Source: Octopus vulgaris
Taxonomy: Eukaryota
Assembly: GCA_951406725.2 (NCBI GenBank)
Contig: OX597816.1
Location: 18,724,001 to 18,788,000, forward strand
DNA length: 64,000 nt
Reading direction: 5' to 3'
Position numbers and translations under genes: made by a program. Shown here one piece after another: positions 13,800 to 27,200 of the stretch. Below the pieces are notes generated by a model that was not told the DNA's origin, searched no databases, and worked only from the letters and a program-made list of their open reading frames with translations. How positions within the stretch are numbered: position 1 is the stretch's first letter; every line of letters begins with the position of its first letter.

Positions 13800-14452
13800 C
13801 TTTATCTCAGGTTCTGTTGTAACTTCCGGAGACTTACATGCGTAGCAGCCATGCTGCCAACGTTTCATGCTATCTCTTCTTTTCAACTATATAACACTTT
13901 TCTGATTATTCTGGCCGCTCCAAAGGAGGCAAACCTTTTGTAAAATTTCTACTGGGCACTCTACTCTGATTTCAAATATAGTCTTTTGATTGTCTTCTAA
14001 TCCCGTTCCTAAGGAATCAGCAATAATTGACACTGTCTTCATCTTCATTTTCCATAGCCAGGCAACTTCGTATTGAAGAGGGTTGCATTTATCTATTTCT
14101 TCGCCTTCTTGAATGTTCGTAGGTCAAAGGATCACGCAACATCAACTATATAAGACATGTGGTGCATCGTGTGGGCCACCACTAGGTCTGGTCAGTTATG
14201 TTCTAGCACCTAATTTGTTTGGATGGGGAAATTCCAGGTGATGTTGCAATTCTCCAACTGCGCCACTGTCTGCGGTTTTTGCTCATACCCGTATTGCCTC
14301 TCTGTAACTCCTATTTTCGCAGTTTCCAGGGTAACACTTTCGCTATCTTATTGTGTTGTCACAACTTGTAGTGGTTTGGGGCGAGTCTAGGGCATTTGTT
14401 CATGATATGGGCAATGGTTTCGTCCACTCTATTAGCGATTCGTTACAGCGGA
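13800..14452 (-). mobile_element. R4/Dong-type LINE 3' end (CCHC knuckle + restriction-like endonuclease + 3'UTR), decayed
   Basis: Minus-strand remnants ETIAHIMNKCPRLA, HNKIAKVL, WNFPIQT, PDLVV, IVDVA*SFD, QYEVAWLWKMK, ILQKVCLL and AARIIRKVL. Confidence 0.8.
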
Positions 14453-14454
14453 GA

Positions 14455-14467
14455 CTATTACTGTTAT

Positions 14468-14508
<41 letters not shown>

Positions 14509-15015
14509 ATAATAATAATAATGATGATGATGATGATGATGATGATGATAATATTATTATTACTATTATTACTATCATTATTACTATTGTAAATATTTTA
14601 TTATTATTATTATTATCATTTTTATTATTACGATAATCTCCATCATCGTCGTCGTCATAATCATCATCATCATCATCATACATTACAGTGTGAGTTACAT
14701 TGTATTTAAATGAAGAGGCATTGACGAAGAATATGAAAGGCACCCATAAGTATGATCTCTTTGAATCCCTTATTTTGGGCCTGCTAGAGATTTGGTCTTC
14801 GTACTCTGTTGCTCCCCCTTGATATCATTCCAAAACACTCCAATAACAATAAGTAATATTATTCTGTTGCGATGCCACTTTCTTCCGATTACAATCTCCA
14901 GTTCATTATATTTGCACAGTTTTATCAAACGTTTTCAGCCATCTGTTATTTCGGTTGCAACATCGATCAAAAGGCAATTTGTTTCAATTTGATTTGTTCA
15001 GAAGAAAACTCTTTC

Positions 15016-15067
<52 letters not shown>

Positions 15068-15090
15068 GATTATCATTATTATCATTATTA

Positions 15091-15122
<32 letters not shown>

Positions 15123-15405
15123 GTTGTTATTATTGTTAATATTAATATTATTGTTATTATTATTATTATTATTACTATTATTATCATCATCATCATCATT
15201 ATTATTATAATTATTATTATTGTTATTATTATTGTTATTATTATAATTATTATTATTGTTATTATTATTATTATTGTTAATATTATCATTATTATTATTA
15301 TTATTACTATTATCATTATTACTATTATCATTATTATCATTATCATTATTATCATTATCATTATTATCATTATTAGTGTTATTATTATTATTATTATTAT
15401 TATTG
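14455..15405. repeat. Compound (TAC)/(TAA)/(TGA)/(ATT)n microsatellite blocks
   Basis: Direct reading; source of the poly-I/N/L ORFs. Confidence 0.95.
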
Positions 15406-15409
15406 ATAC

Positions 15410-15536
15410 TTTTCATCACAGGTTTTGTTGAAACACCTGAAGCCTTGCATGCGTAGCGGTCTTGCTACATGCTGCCTACGCTACCATACTATTCGTTCTC
15501 TTCAGCTATCTAATACTTACCTGATTATTCTGGCCT
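15410..15536 (-). mobile_element. Second short 3' end of the same R4/Dong-type LINE
   Basis: Aligns with 13800-13917 (CAGGTT.TGTTG...CATGCGTAGC...CATGCTGCC...CTGATTATTCTGGCC); its 3' end abuts (ATT)n. Confidence 0.7.
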
Positions 15537-15742
15537 ATTATTGTTGTCGGTCTTCTTCTTCATCTTCTTCATCTTCTTATTATTATTTTCTTGATTTTTT
15601 TGTGTTTATCACTATTATTATTTGTAAAATTATTTTATAATATATATGTGAACACATACATTTTCCCCACCTAAAATGTGTATCAAACCTCTAAATATGC
15701 CACTCGTTCAAACACTGTAATAGCAAATGAAAATATACAACA

Positions 15743-16085
15743 CAGGAGTGGCTGTGTGGTAAGTGGCTTGTTTACCAACCACATGGTTCTGGGTTCAGTC
15801 CCACTGCGTGGCAATAGCCTCGGGCCGACCAAAGCCTTGTGAGTGGATTTGGTTGACGGAAACTGAAAGAAGACCGTCGTATATATGTATATATATGTAT
15901 GTGCGTGTATGCTTGTGTGTCTGTGTTTGTCCCCCTAGCATTGCTTCACAACCGATGCTGGTGTGTTTATGTCCCCGTCCCTTAGCGGTTCGGCAAAAGT
16001 GACCGATAGAATAAGTACTGGGCTTACAAAGAATAAGTCCCGGGGTCAATTTGCTCGATTAAATGACTGAAAGAAGTAAAAAGAG
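15743..16085 (+). mobile_element. SINE family A with internal deletions
   Basis: Matches family A. Confidence 0.9.
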
Positions 16086-17035
16086 AGAGAAAGAGAAAGA
16101 GAACACAAGCCGAAATTAGGCAAATGAAGGTGCAGAAATAATGTGTAAATGAACAGTGTAGTGAAAATTGATATATCAAGACCAGTAGATTGAAAACTAA
16201 CGATATAGCTACAACTCCGAATCAAATTACAGAATTATTATGATTCTACTTTTTTTATATAGAAACATCTGACAAGGATAACTGTGAAAGAGACACACCA
16301 ACAGTTTTCTTTATTTATTTACGTCTTTATACTTGTCTTAATATTTCTCAGTTCAAGTGAAGCTGCTAGATACTTTGATCTCTGCACAGCCTAAATCATT
16401 TCAATACACTTCACTTGTTGAGATCGACTACATTTCTTTTCCAAATTATGCATCCTTGTAACTAATGCTGCAAATAATAAATAACTCCGACAAAAATGAT
16501 ATTTACATAAAGTTAATGGAAATGTGAATATAAGAATGCTGTTCATGAGAGTGTGTACATAGTTACCAGTATAATTTGTGTCGCACGTTTTCGTTTTACT
16601 TCTTTGATTTTCTTCGACTTTTTCTGTCTTTCTATATTCTCATGCGTCACTTAAAGAAATTTCAAGATTAACAATTAATATTAAAAATATAATATTTTAT
16701 TGTCTGTGTTATCAAGAGGAAACATTTTAAAGACAATTTAATATACATTTGAAAAGATAAATCACAATGTAAATTATAATTCATTGTTAGGTTGCTTCAA
16801 AATTATCGGTGAAATAAAAGTTTATTTTTTAAAAAATACGCTGCAGTTAATTTTTACAATCGAAAAAGAAAAGCATACGCACGTAAGTAATAATATATGT
16901 TCTGTGTCTCGGAATGCTTTATGTGTATGTATATATGGAAGTTTAGTCATATTTATATAACACGTAGCACAATTATTTTGTCATAATTCAACACTCCAAT
17001 AGACTATTATCATATCTTAATTATCTTTATCAATG

Positions 17036-17057
17036 TCATCATCGTCATCATGTACAT

Positions 17058-17090
<33 letters not shown>

Positions 17091-17129
17091 CAGCATCATC
17101 ATCATCATCATCAACGCCATCATCATCGT

Positions 17130-17160
<31 letters not shown>

Positions 17161-17290
17161 GTCGTTGTCGTCGTCATCGTCATCATCGTCGTCGTCGTCA
17201 TCATCATCTTCATCGTCGTCGTCGTCGTCGTCATCATCATCATCATCGTGGCCGTCGTCGTTATCGGCGGCGTTGTCGTCGTCTTCGCCT
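17036..17290. repeat. Compound (CAT)/(CGT)n microsatellite
   Basis: Direct reading. Confidence 0.95.
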
Positions 17291-19867
17291 ACACCGTCTC
17301 CGTCATTCACACTGTCATTGATTTCTTTCAATTTGTAAATGTTCTTTGTTTCTCTTATATATATATATTTTTAAAAATCTATAATTGTTTTACTTCCTTG
17401 TCTGGAAATTTCATTGATTTTTGCAAATATCAATTTCAATGCAAGACATTAAATATTTGACATTCAAGTTCAATACAGCTCAATGTTGTAAAGCATTTTA
17501 CCTATATAAACCGCATGACATCCATACGTATAATCAACATGCATGAGGCGGATTTCTTTTCAAAGTAAGTCTACAGTTCATATTCTCAAACCTTATCTTT
17601 ATCAATGACATAAGCGTCATCATGTACACCATCATCATCATCTATAAAGATTAACCATAAAAATAACAAGTGAGACCGCACTTCATTTGTTTTTCTCGCG
17701 TAAATTCCAAGTTTCCGAATGCTGTATTTTCCGTTTATTAAAGGGCGGTGCGTTGTGCTCTTGATCAAAACCGTCCATCCCACTTTGCAAAGACACAGTA
17801 TTTCATTTTGCAATCACTATATACATTGTAAAACTTAGAAGGTTTATAAGTCAATATAGGGCCAGTTAATTTTCGATCGTTTAAATTTGAGAATTTTCAC
17901 GCTGGGAAACCAGTTTTGTCACACAAAGAAATACTACTATATTAGAAGCAGTATTAGATAAAAGTGTTTGCACCTTAAATGATTATTTTTTTGTATTACC
18001 TTTCTTTTATGGATAATGTTGATTCTTTTAAATTTTCCAATATAATTTGTTCCGATTTTGTGCCCGATAGTGTAAATGGTTATTTCTAAAACTAATAAAT
18101 CTCATATTAACTATGCATTTTATTCATGGTATTTGTATTTTTATCGTAAGTAAATGGATAAAGGACTTTTGTGAATACTAATTTATTCCGCATTATCACA
18201 TCAGTTATGTATTTTGAATTATCTTTTTTAACTCTTTTTTTCATAAAAAAATCAGAATTAACACGAGTTTATAGCATCGGTTACTGCTTACAGGTTGAAG
18301 TGATTTGGAAAACGATGACGAATACACAATGACGACCCATTTCTCACTTAATAAAGTGATAAATACATGTTGCTTCTCAGGAATTTGCTCTTCATTACAA
18401 TTCCTGTCTTTGGTTGACTTCAGTCAGGTTTCTTAGAAAAAAGGATCTATATTTTCATGAAAAAACATGTATCTAGTGCCCGATAATGCTTAAAACCGAT
18501 CATACTTAAACGTGCTATGTAATCTATGCGACGCATCTTCGTTTTGAAACTGTTATCAATATTTTGTTAAAATTGTACGTAACTTTCACACATCCAAGAA
18601 CAGCGGAGAGTATTACCTAACTCAAATCCAAAAGTTCGTAATAAACAACATAGCTATCAAATTCTATGTGAATATATTTACTGAGTGGTTGATATTATGA
18701 AATTACGTACGCGCGTAGCCACCGGTTATACTAACATGCATAGGAGTTACTTCCATCTAGAAACAATTTCCATATAGGTAATCTAGAGATAAACTTAACT
18801 GTCCTGTCCACGTTAATGTCGAGAGGATTTTGATTATCGCCATATCAGAAGTGATAGAGTAAAAATTATTATCAAGGTATTTTGAATTTCAGTTCCTTTC
18901 ATTGTATATGTAACTCTTATTACCCATGATTGTAGGATATTTCAGGTACAATTGAGAGTTATATGTAACTGGTCAATGGGGAACGTTGAATTCCATTCAT
19001 TGGTACGTGATTAGGGATTAAGTTCGAATCATATATAAGGGTAATTAAATATAATATTAAATGGTATTATCCTCATGTGTTTCGTTGTGTGTAAAACAAA
19101 TTATATTGTGATATTTCGCGGAGATAGCAGGGGAAAATGACCCATTTTAAAATATCTTAAATAAGTGAATTTTATCTTGAAAAATTGTAAATTGGAACAC
19201 AACAGACACAAGACAATGCTTACTTTTCAATTCAAGCAATCTGAAATGCATAAAAAACTAATATTCTATTCAATTTATTAAAAATAATATGTACCTTAAT
19301 AAAGAATCTCAACAGTCGAAAAATAGGTCCAAAGGAGCTAAAATATATTTTGGAAAATAATTTACTAGACAACAAATTAGAGAACGCATAATGAATTGAT
19401 ATCACTGATTTAAAACCATAAAACTTAGGACAGAAGTAAATATTTTCCTCAGCATTTAAACAAATAATTTTATAGACATTGAAAAACTTCATAAAAAGAT
19501 ATTTCAATTGTGATTAGAAGATGAGTAGAATTTTTGTGAAACCGAAAATATAGCATCACGAAAGAATCTATAATTATCTTTCTAATTGCCCATCAGCTTA
19601 ATATGAAACCCAACAGTTACAATAGGTGGAAGATCAAATTGTGAAATTTATATTAATATATCTCAGATTTCAACGATAAGTTACAGAAGAGAACAACATT
19701 TTAATTTAAAATATCGTTGTTCATACTTAAGTGAAACCTTAATTTATATAATATCATATCATAAGTGTTGTGAGAATCATATCGATCAAACGACCCGCTG
19801 AAAAAATAACACGGAACAATATACTCTGTTATACGGAAATTAATATATGACAATGATTAATTAACAC

Positions 19868-20250
19868 GGAGGCGCAATGGCCCAGTGGCTAGAGCAGCAG
19901 ACTTGCCGTCGGAGGATCAGGGTTTCGATTCCCAGACCGGGCGTTGTGTGTGTTTATTAAGTGAAAACACCTAAAGCTCCACGAAGCTCCGGCAGGGCAT
20001 GGTGGTGATCCCTGCTGTACTCTTTCGCCACAACTTTCTCTCACTCCTTCTTCCTGTTTCTGTTGTACCTGTATTTCAAAGGGCCGGTCTTGTCACTCTC
20101 TGTGTCACGCTGAATATCCCCGAGAACTACGTTAAGTGTACACGTGCCTGTGGAGTGCTCAGCCACTTACACGTTAATTTCACGAGCAGGCTGTTCCGTT
20201 GGTCGGATCAACCGGAACCCTCATCGTCGTAACCGACTGAGTGTTTCCAA
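19868..20250 (+). mobile_element. SINE head C + tail 3 (first of tandem pair)
   Basis: Head C followed by tail 3. Confidence 0.9.
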
Positions 20251-20262
20251 AAAAATTAACAC

Positions 20263-20575
20263 GGAGGCGCAATGGCCCAGTGGCTAGAGCAGCAGACTCG
20301 CTGTCGGAGGATCAGGGTTTCGATTCCCAGACCAGGCGTTGTGTGTGTTTATTAAGTGAAAAAACCTGAAGCTCCACGAGACACTGGCAGGGGATGGTGG
20401 CGACCCCTGTTGTACTCTTTTGCCCCAATTTTCTCCCACTCTTTCGTCCTGTTTCTTGAGTAACGCTGCGATGGACTGGCGTCCCTTCCAGCTAGGTTGA
20501 ACACATACATCACAGAAAACGGGAAACCAGGCCAATGAGCCTGGCTTGGCTTCAAAAGGGTGCATAAATAAAAGA
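20263..20575 (+). mobile_element. SINE head C + tail 2 (second of tandem pair)
   Basis: Head C followed by tail 2. Confidence 0.9.
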
Positions 20576-20639
20576 AAATTAATTCCCCCCACACACACAC
20601 ACACAGAATATTCTTTTATTCTTCCATACGTCTACCTTC

Positions 20640-20950
20640 TTCAGTCGTTAGAGTGTGGCCATGCTGGAGTACCGCCTCGAAGAAATTTAATCGAATGAAT
20701 CGTCCCCAATACTTATTTTGTAAGCCCCGTACTTATTCTGACGTTCTATTTTGACGAACCGCTTGGCTACAGGGACATTAACAAACCAACAAACATATAC
20801 AAACACACCCACGCGTGGACAAACACATACGAACTTACACACAATCATATATACATAATCCTCTCACAAATCTTTTATCCGCCGGATGCTGTAATAGAAT
20901 ACACTTGCGGAAGGTGTCACGTAGTGGGAATGAACCCGGAACAATTTGGC
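20640..20950 (-). mobile_element. Degenerate SINE family A
   Basis: GGCCATGCTGGAGTACCGCC, TACTTATTCT and GAACCCGGAAC remnants. Confidence 0.7.
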
Positions 20951-21002
20951 TAATTAATTATAACTCCTACTTTCAATTTAACTTTTTCTTTTATTCTTTC
21001 TT

Positions 21003-21195
21003 TTCTTTTTTTTTGTTTCAGTAATTTGACTGCGGCCATGCTGAAGCACTGACTTTTAGTCGAGGAAATCGACCCCAAGACTTATTCTTTGCAAGACTAG
21101 TACTTCTTCTATCGCTCTCTCTTTCCGAACCGCTATTTTACGTGGACAGATACAGACATACAAGCATGCACACACACACAGGCACACACACACAG

Positions 21196-21292
<97 letters not shown>

Positions 21293-21453
21293 CGACGGGT
21301 TTCTTACAGTTTCCGTCTACCATATCCACTCACAAGTAATTGGTTGGCCCGACGCTATAGTAGAAGACACTTGCCCCAGGTGACATGCAGTGGGACTGAA
21401 CCCGGAACCATGTGGTTGGTTACCAAGCTACTTACCACACAGCCACTCCTGGC
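21003..21453 (-). mobile_element. SINE family A with expanded internal (CA)n(TA)n
   Basis: Matches family A. Confidence 0.9.
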
Positions 21454-21804
21454 CTATTACTGTTAATATTTTCTGAAAATATACTTTCATACTTCTTTGA
21501 ATAGGTAACGTACATAGCAATACGTGTCTTGTTAACATGACAATTTGTAAAATATATAAGTTATATCATAAACTTGAAAGCTATTACTAGTATGTTCTCT
21601 AGACATTTTCCGGTCGATATGCAACAGGATATCTTACCTGAAGGCTAACAGCTAGATATCACACATGCACATAAAAATGATTTCCTTGCATCAGAATTGA
21701 AAGCAGCATGTAATAATGTGTTTTGGAACAGTTTGATTGTCATAATATATTTTGCAATAATTTACCGAAATACAATACAAAGTGTGAATACAATTCTAAA
21801 CTCT

Positions 21805-21887
<83 letters not shown>

Positions 21888-24221
21888 TGGTAGATAGAAA
21901 GATATAGCTGTATATATGCATATATGTATATATTAATATACACACGTATGTATATATATATATATATATATCTGTCTAGATAGATAGATTGATAGATAGA
22001 TAAATAGATAGATTTACACATATATGCGTGTATTTACGTATAATTATTTTTCCTCAAGTGTCCCAAACTAAAAGGTTTTTAAAGAACTAAAGCCTACATA
22101 TGCTCACATGAGCACTCGTGCACATATGCACATGGAGAATATTCTCGCATACACATTTACGAGTATTCGTGCAGTGATAATCAAAATTTATTGATTCAAT
22201 TCCTAATACATATAGTTGTTGCATTCCTTATATTGACTTTTCCACGTGTGCATTTTCTTGTAGTTATATCGAACATCATGATTACCAGACTTGTACATAT
22301 ATTACACATACATAAATTATGTTCTACGTTTCAAGTTTCAATTTTTGTCTTTGCATTCTATTTTCGAATGGAAGTATATGATATAACCTATGAATTAAAG
22401 TCTTTAAATTTTTCGTCTTTTATTCACGATTAGCATAAATTCCAAAAATAAAAATTAAATGAATTCTTTGTAAATTCTTTTGGAAGATTCGGGAAGAGGG
22501 TAAGTCATTTTACGCTTATATATATAACGCCCATGTTAAAATGCTGAAGAAAAGTTTCTGAGCTAATGACTTTCATAATGCAATTCTTTATTTGTAGGTT
22601 TCTCACAAGTTTTCTTTTAAATCAAATTGCTAAAATATTTACACTTCCATCCAAAATAGTTCTTAATCATTTGATGCAATATACATCTCTAGTAGTTTTT
22701 ATTCAATAATAATATTATAAATAATTAGTGAAGAGAAATTTAGGTTGCTCCAACAATGTGTAAAATAATTTTATTGTAATAATCTTTAAGTCTTAATTGG
22801 GACTATGCACGTTCGTGGGTGCAGTGAAACTCAATACGCCCAATAACTTAGCCGAAAATTCTCATATCATTGGCTTAAACCCAGACAATAACCATATTTA
22901 TCACATGGTTCTAAATTGTTAAGATAGTTTTAAGATTTGCTCACGTGTGAAGAAAACCTGAAATCAAGTTTGCGTGAGAAGTTGTGGTGTGCAAAGTTCT
23001 CGGCCCAAAAGTCTCGGACTAGTTGGTTTCTTCCCATTTCTGTGAAGTTACGCCCTGTGTTACAGACATCACATTGTCAAATTTCCTGAAAAGTTCCTCC
23101 GTGGATTATGAAAAAATAAGTATTATAGTTTGAATCGGAATTTACTGACACTAAAACGAGATGGTGATTTTTGGACGAAAAATTGATAATTATTCATGTA
23201 TCGGAAATATCATTTTAATGATTGACGTTTTATTTGAATTTAGATGAAATGTCATTTTTATCTGGTTTAGGATCGCGGTCAAGTTCAGACAAAAACAATA
23301 TCAATCATTTTAATATCGATTTAAGAGATCGAACGCTAATAGACTTTCCAAAACATTTTTGTACGAATGATTGATTTAGCAAAACATATTTATATAACGA
23401 ACACATGAATATAATAAATTTTACAATATAATAAACATCATTTGGACAGAGATCATTCGGGAGATGACCGCTTGGCATTTAAATCTCATTCCGCACATTT
23501 TCATCTAGATTCATCATTGTCTATTTCATTATATTTAGATATCATTGTGGAACTATTAAGCTGCCATATGCTTGTGAAATAAATACACATACAATTCTTC
23601 TATGAGTTTCTTATAATTTTGTATATTTTATGTATTTACAAAATGAATTAAAGAGATATAACAAATCGGAACAGCGTAGCACAAAAGGTCATTAAACAAT
23701 TTTTTGTGAACTACAATATGATATTTAACGTAAATTAAAACAGTTAATTTCTGTATGATTGGCTAATTGACAGGAACAAACTTATAAGTAAAAGAAATCT
23801 TGAACTTTAAAAACGTGCCAAAATATCTGTAAGTATTTCAAAGAAATAAATCATGAAACCGAAGCAAATAGAATACATTTAATAAAAGATATCGTATCAG
23901 ACAAATGAAATTCCGTTCTCATTTTGTATCATAGAGAGAAATAAAATAACCGGGTTACACTGCTCGGAATTAAACAATAGCAATAAACATTTCTGAAATG
24001 ATTATTTTCAAATGTAATAATTCGTAGGTAATAAGTCTGATTTTAAGACAGATGGTAAAGCTACTTTTGAAATAGGAAATATGAAGCTTATTGCCCATAA
24101 TATTTACTGTAATTTACAGATGAAATCATGTGTAAGCGGGTATATTTAGAGTTACTTGAAGAACGATGACAGCTGAAACGTGCTTTTTATACATGTAATA
24201 CCTGGAAATAAACAGACAGCA

Positions 24222-24286
<65 letters not shown>

Positions 24287-27200
24287 CGTGTGTGTACGTA
24301 TGTTTCTGTGAACACGAAGAGTATTGCTGTATTCATTAACTAGGAATCAAGAATTTCACTGATTTATGAAGAAAATGGAATTTTCGGTTCAACGTTAGAA
24401 ATATTTAAACTTTTAAACAATTGCAGAATATGCAAATTATCTTGAGAAATTCAATGGAATGCGATGAATGGAGGAAATTCATTTATAAGGTATCTGTTTT
24501 GATGATATAATTTCAATAGCGTTCTGCTAAAGTATTATATATATATATGTGTGTGTATATACTCATACATAGACTCACCCACGCAAATATTCAGCATTTG
24601 TATATAATATTCATAATTAGACATGCATAAATGCTCGTAAATGTGTATACATTCATACAAACTCACAGACATGTGTTAGTGTGTTTATATGTGCCGTTGA
24701 ATACCGAATGAAAACAATTATTACCAATACATTCCATCAGACGCACGTTTCAATTGGTTATGTTACGAGTGGTTACGTAAGGTGATGATACACATTTATT
24801 AAGCTTTTCCAAGACGTTTCAATTGGTAGGAATCGATACTTTCAAGTTTGGTGCCGGTTATAGGAATATGCTTAAGTAAATCCACTATAAGACACTGAAA
24901 AAAAAATAAATGAAATGAGATATTGAAAGAATAGAGTTACACAAGGAGCCAACAGTATGGAAAAGTAATTAAGATGCTAATTTTAAAAATGAGGCAAACA
25001 ACGTCAAATATAGATGAAATCTGGACGACGGAATAAAAACTATTGTTTAACATGTCAATTAATTCTCACGCTGCTTAAGGAGTTATCATCAGGTGTACAT
25101 TTTATTCATTAATGATAATTATGCTCTATTGCATAATCATTTCCGTGGGTATATAGTTTTTAATACAATTGTAGTTGCGTAAAAATTATATTTCATTGAT
25201 TGACTGCATCTCAGTCCACAGTTAGTGAGTTAACATAATTCGGAATAGACGATTCCCTTTTTATGACTTCATTCATTACAACAGCTTTCTAAAAAAAAAA
25301 TACTTCTTGAATTAGATTTTCATTAACTATTGAGGAGCTGCTTCCTTGGCTTTATATTACTAGAAACGGGCAATAATCCAGTGTTTATTGCAGTAGTGAC
25401 TCATAGGATCTGTGGCGCGTGAGTTTCAACGATTAATTAAAATACGAGAAATCTCAACAAACAAGCCACTTTGTCTACAGAAGTAGTGGATAATTATTAA
25501 TGGTGCTGAGGGTACCATTAATAATTGAAATATTGTCAATTTGATTCCTGACTGAAATCGTTGTCTTATTTATAAAGAATATTTTAAAACCCCCTCTAAT
25601 TGATGGTATTAACTCAGTCCTTAGAATATAAGTTATATTTCAACTAAAACTGAAGCGCCTGCATAGCATTTGATTTTGCAATTGATGATACTTTGCGAAA
25701 GATTTTCTGGTATGGATGCATAATATATAGAAATACCAGAATTGCAGAGACTTAAACTTTTGGTCCTTAAAATAATTTGTGAAAGTTATTTTCATGAAGA
25801 TTTGTAACGCATTAACAATTTTCTCTTTGTTGAATTCTCTTTGTTCAATTAATACGGTACAGGAGTTCCTGTTGAAATACACTTTGGATTAATGTAGAGG
25901 AATTTAAACAATTGTATTATTATATAATAATTCCGGCTTATTATGTAATCCAAAATGAGAATAATTCGGAATCCTATTATTGGTGATATTGAGTGTACTT
26001 TTTCTTGCAAAGAAATGTAGTTTTTCTACAAAATTTACAGTAAATTTAGGATGAAACGAAATTGATTTTATTTGTTAAAATGTATATCTTCATCTTTTTC
26101 ATACAAGTAACATATTAGAACTTTGTAATTTAATCTCTAAAACTAAATAAATATTAACCTATTATTATACAGAACTCATACTGAAAATTATTATTTTTAG
26201 ATCGTTTACAAATCCTGTTTCAGAAAATATCTTGATATTTGCATTTTAATTCATAAATTCCATTATGTAATATATTTAGTCACAAACTGTTATTAACAGC
26301 TGCATGTTATAGAAATTGTATTTGAGCCAAATATATACAAAATTGGCTTTTTAATACTGGAAATTTATTAGATGAGAAAAAATACTTTTGAACTACATAT
26401 TTGCATTAAAAACAAATTACATATATGTAAACATATTTATAAATTACTATTGTGAATTCATCATAATTGTATATCTAATTTAACAGAAACAATACACAAT
26501 GACACTTTATGATGGATATTATAATTAGAAATACTAATAAATTTATCAGAATATTATTTTCGATAGTGAGCTAACTAAATAACTTCATATATTTACACGA
26601 TTCCCAATCAGTTTAAGTTCTGTGTAAAAGAAAAAAATATATATTTAAGAACTTAGTTTGAATAGCATTTGATAATTATGTGATACGGATTATATAATTA
26701 GATTTTCTGCATATAATTTAAAATATATTTAGGAAATTTTTAATGTATTTATTTCGTTCGCAGTAGGTTTATTTTTGATTATTTTTGCGAAATGGTTCAG
26801 TGTATGCTATTATGTGACAATGGTTTAAATTAATACTAAGATGGAAGCTAAAATAAATATAGTAATGTTATTTTAAGAGAGGGAATGTATAAGAGTGAAT
26901 GGTATTCTTTTATTTAATTATATTTTAAGATTTTCAATTATCATACAACATTTTAATATGACCGTAATTGATGAATAATTTCTAGTATTCTAGAAAACTA
27001 CTCATTTATGTACTTTTCTAATTCTGTAGATTTTATAGACCTTGTAGATGAAATTAATTCACGAATTGAATTAAATTATGTTGCACTACATTTAGCTAAT
27101 TCAATATTTCAAGGGCCAGTTCAGTCATGTTGCTAACACTTGTCCTGTAACAAAAACATTAACGTAAGTGTAAATCTGCACAAACTAATACTAAAAATGA

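Noticed and set aside
24156-24183. TTGAAGA...GAAACGTG as another HHR
   Set aside because: The intervening sequence cannot form stem II, and there is no stem I.
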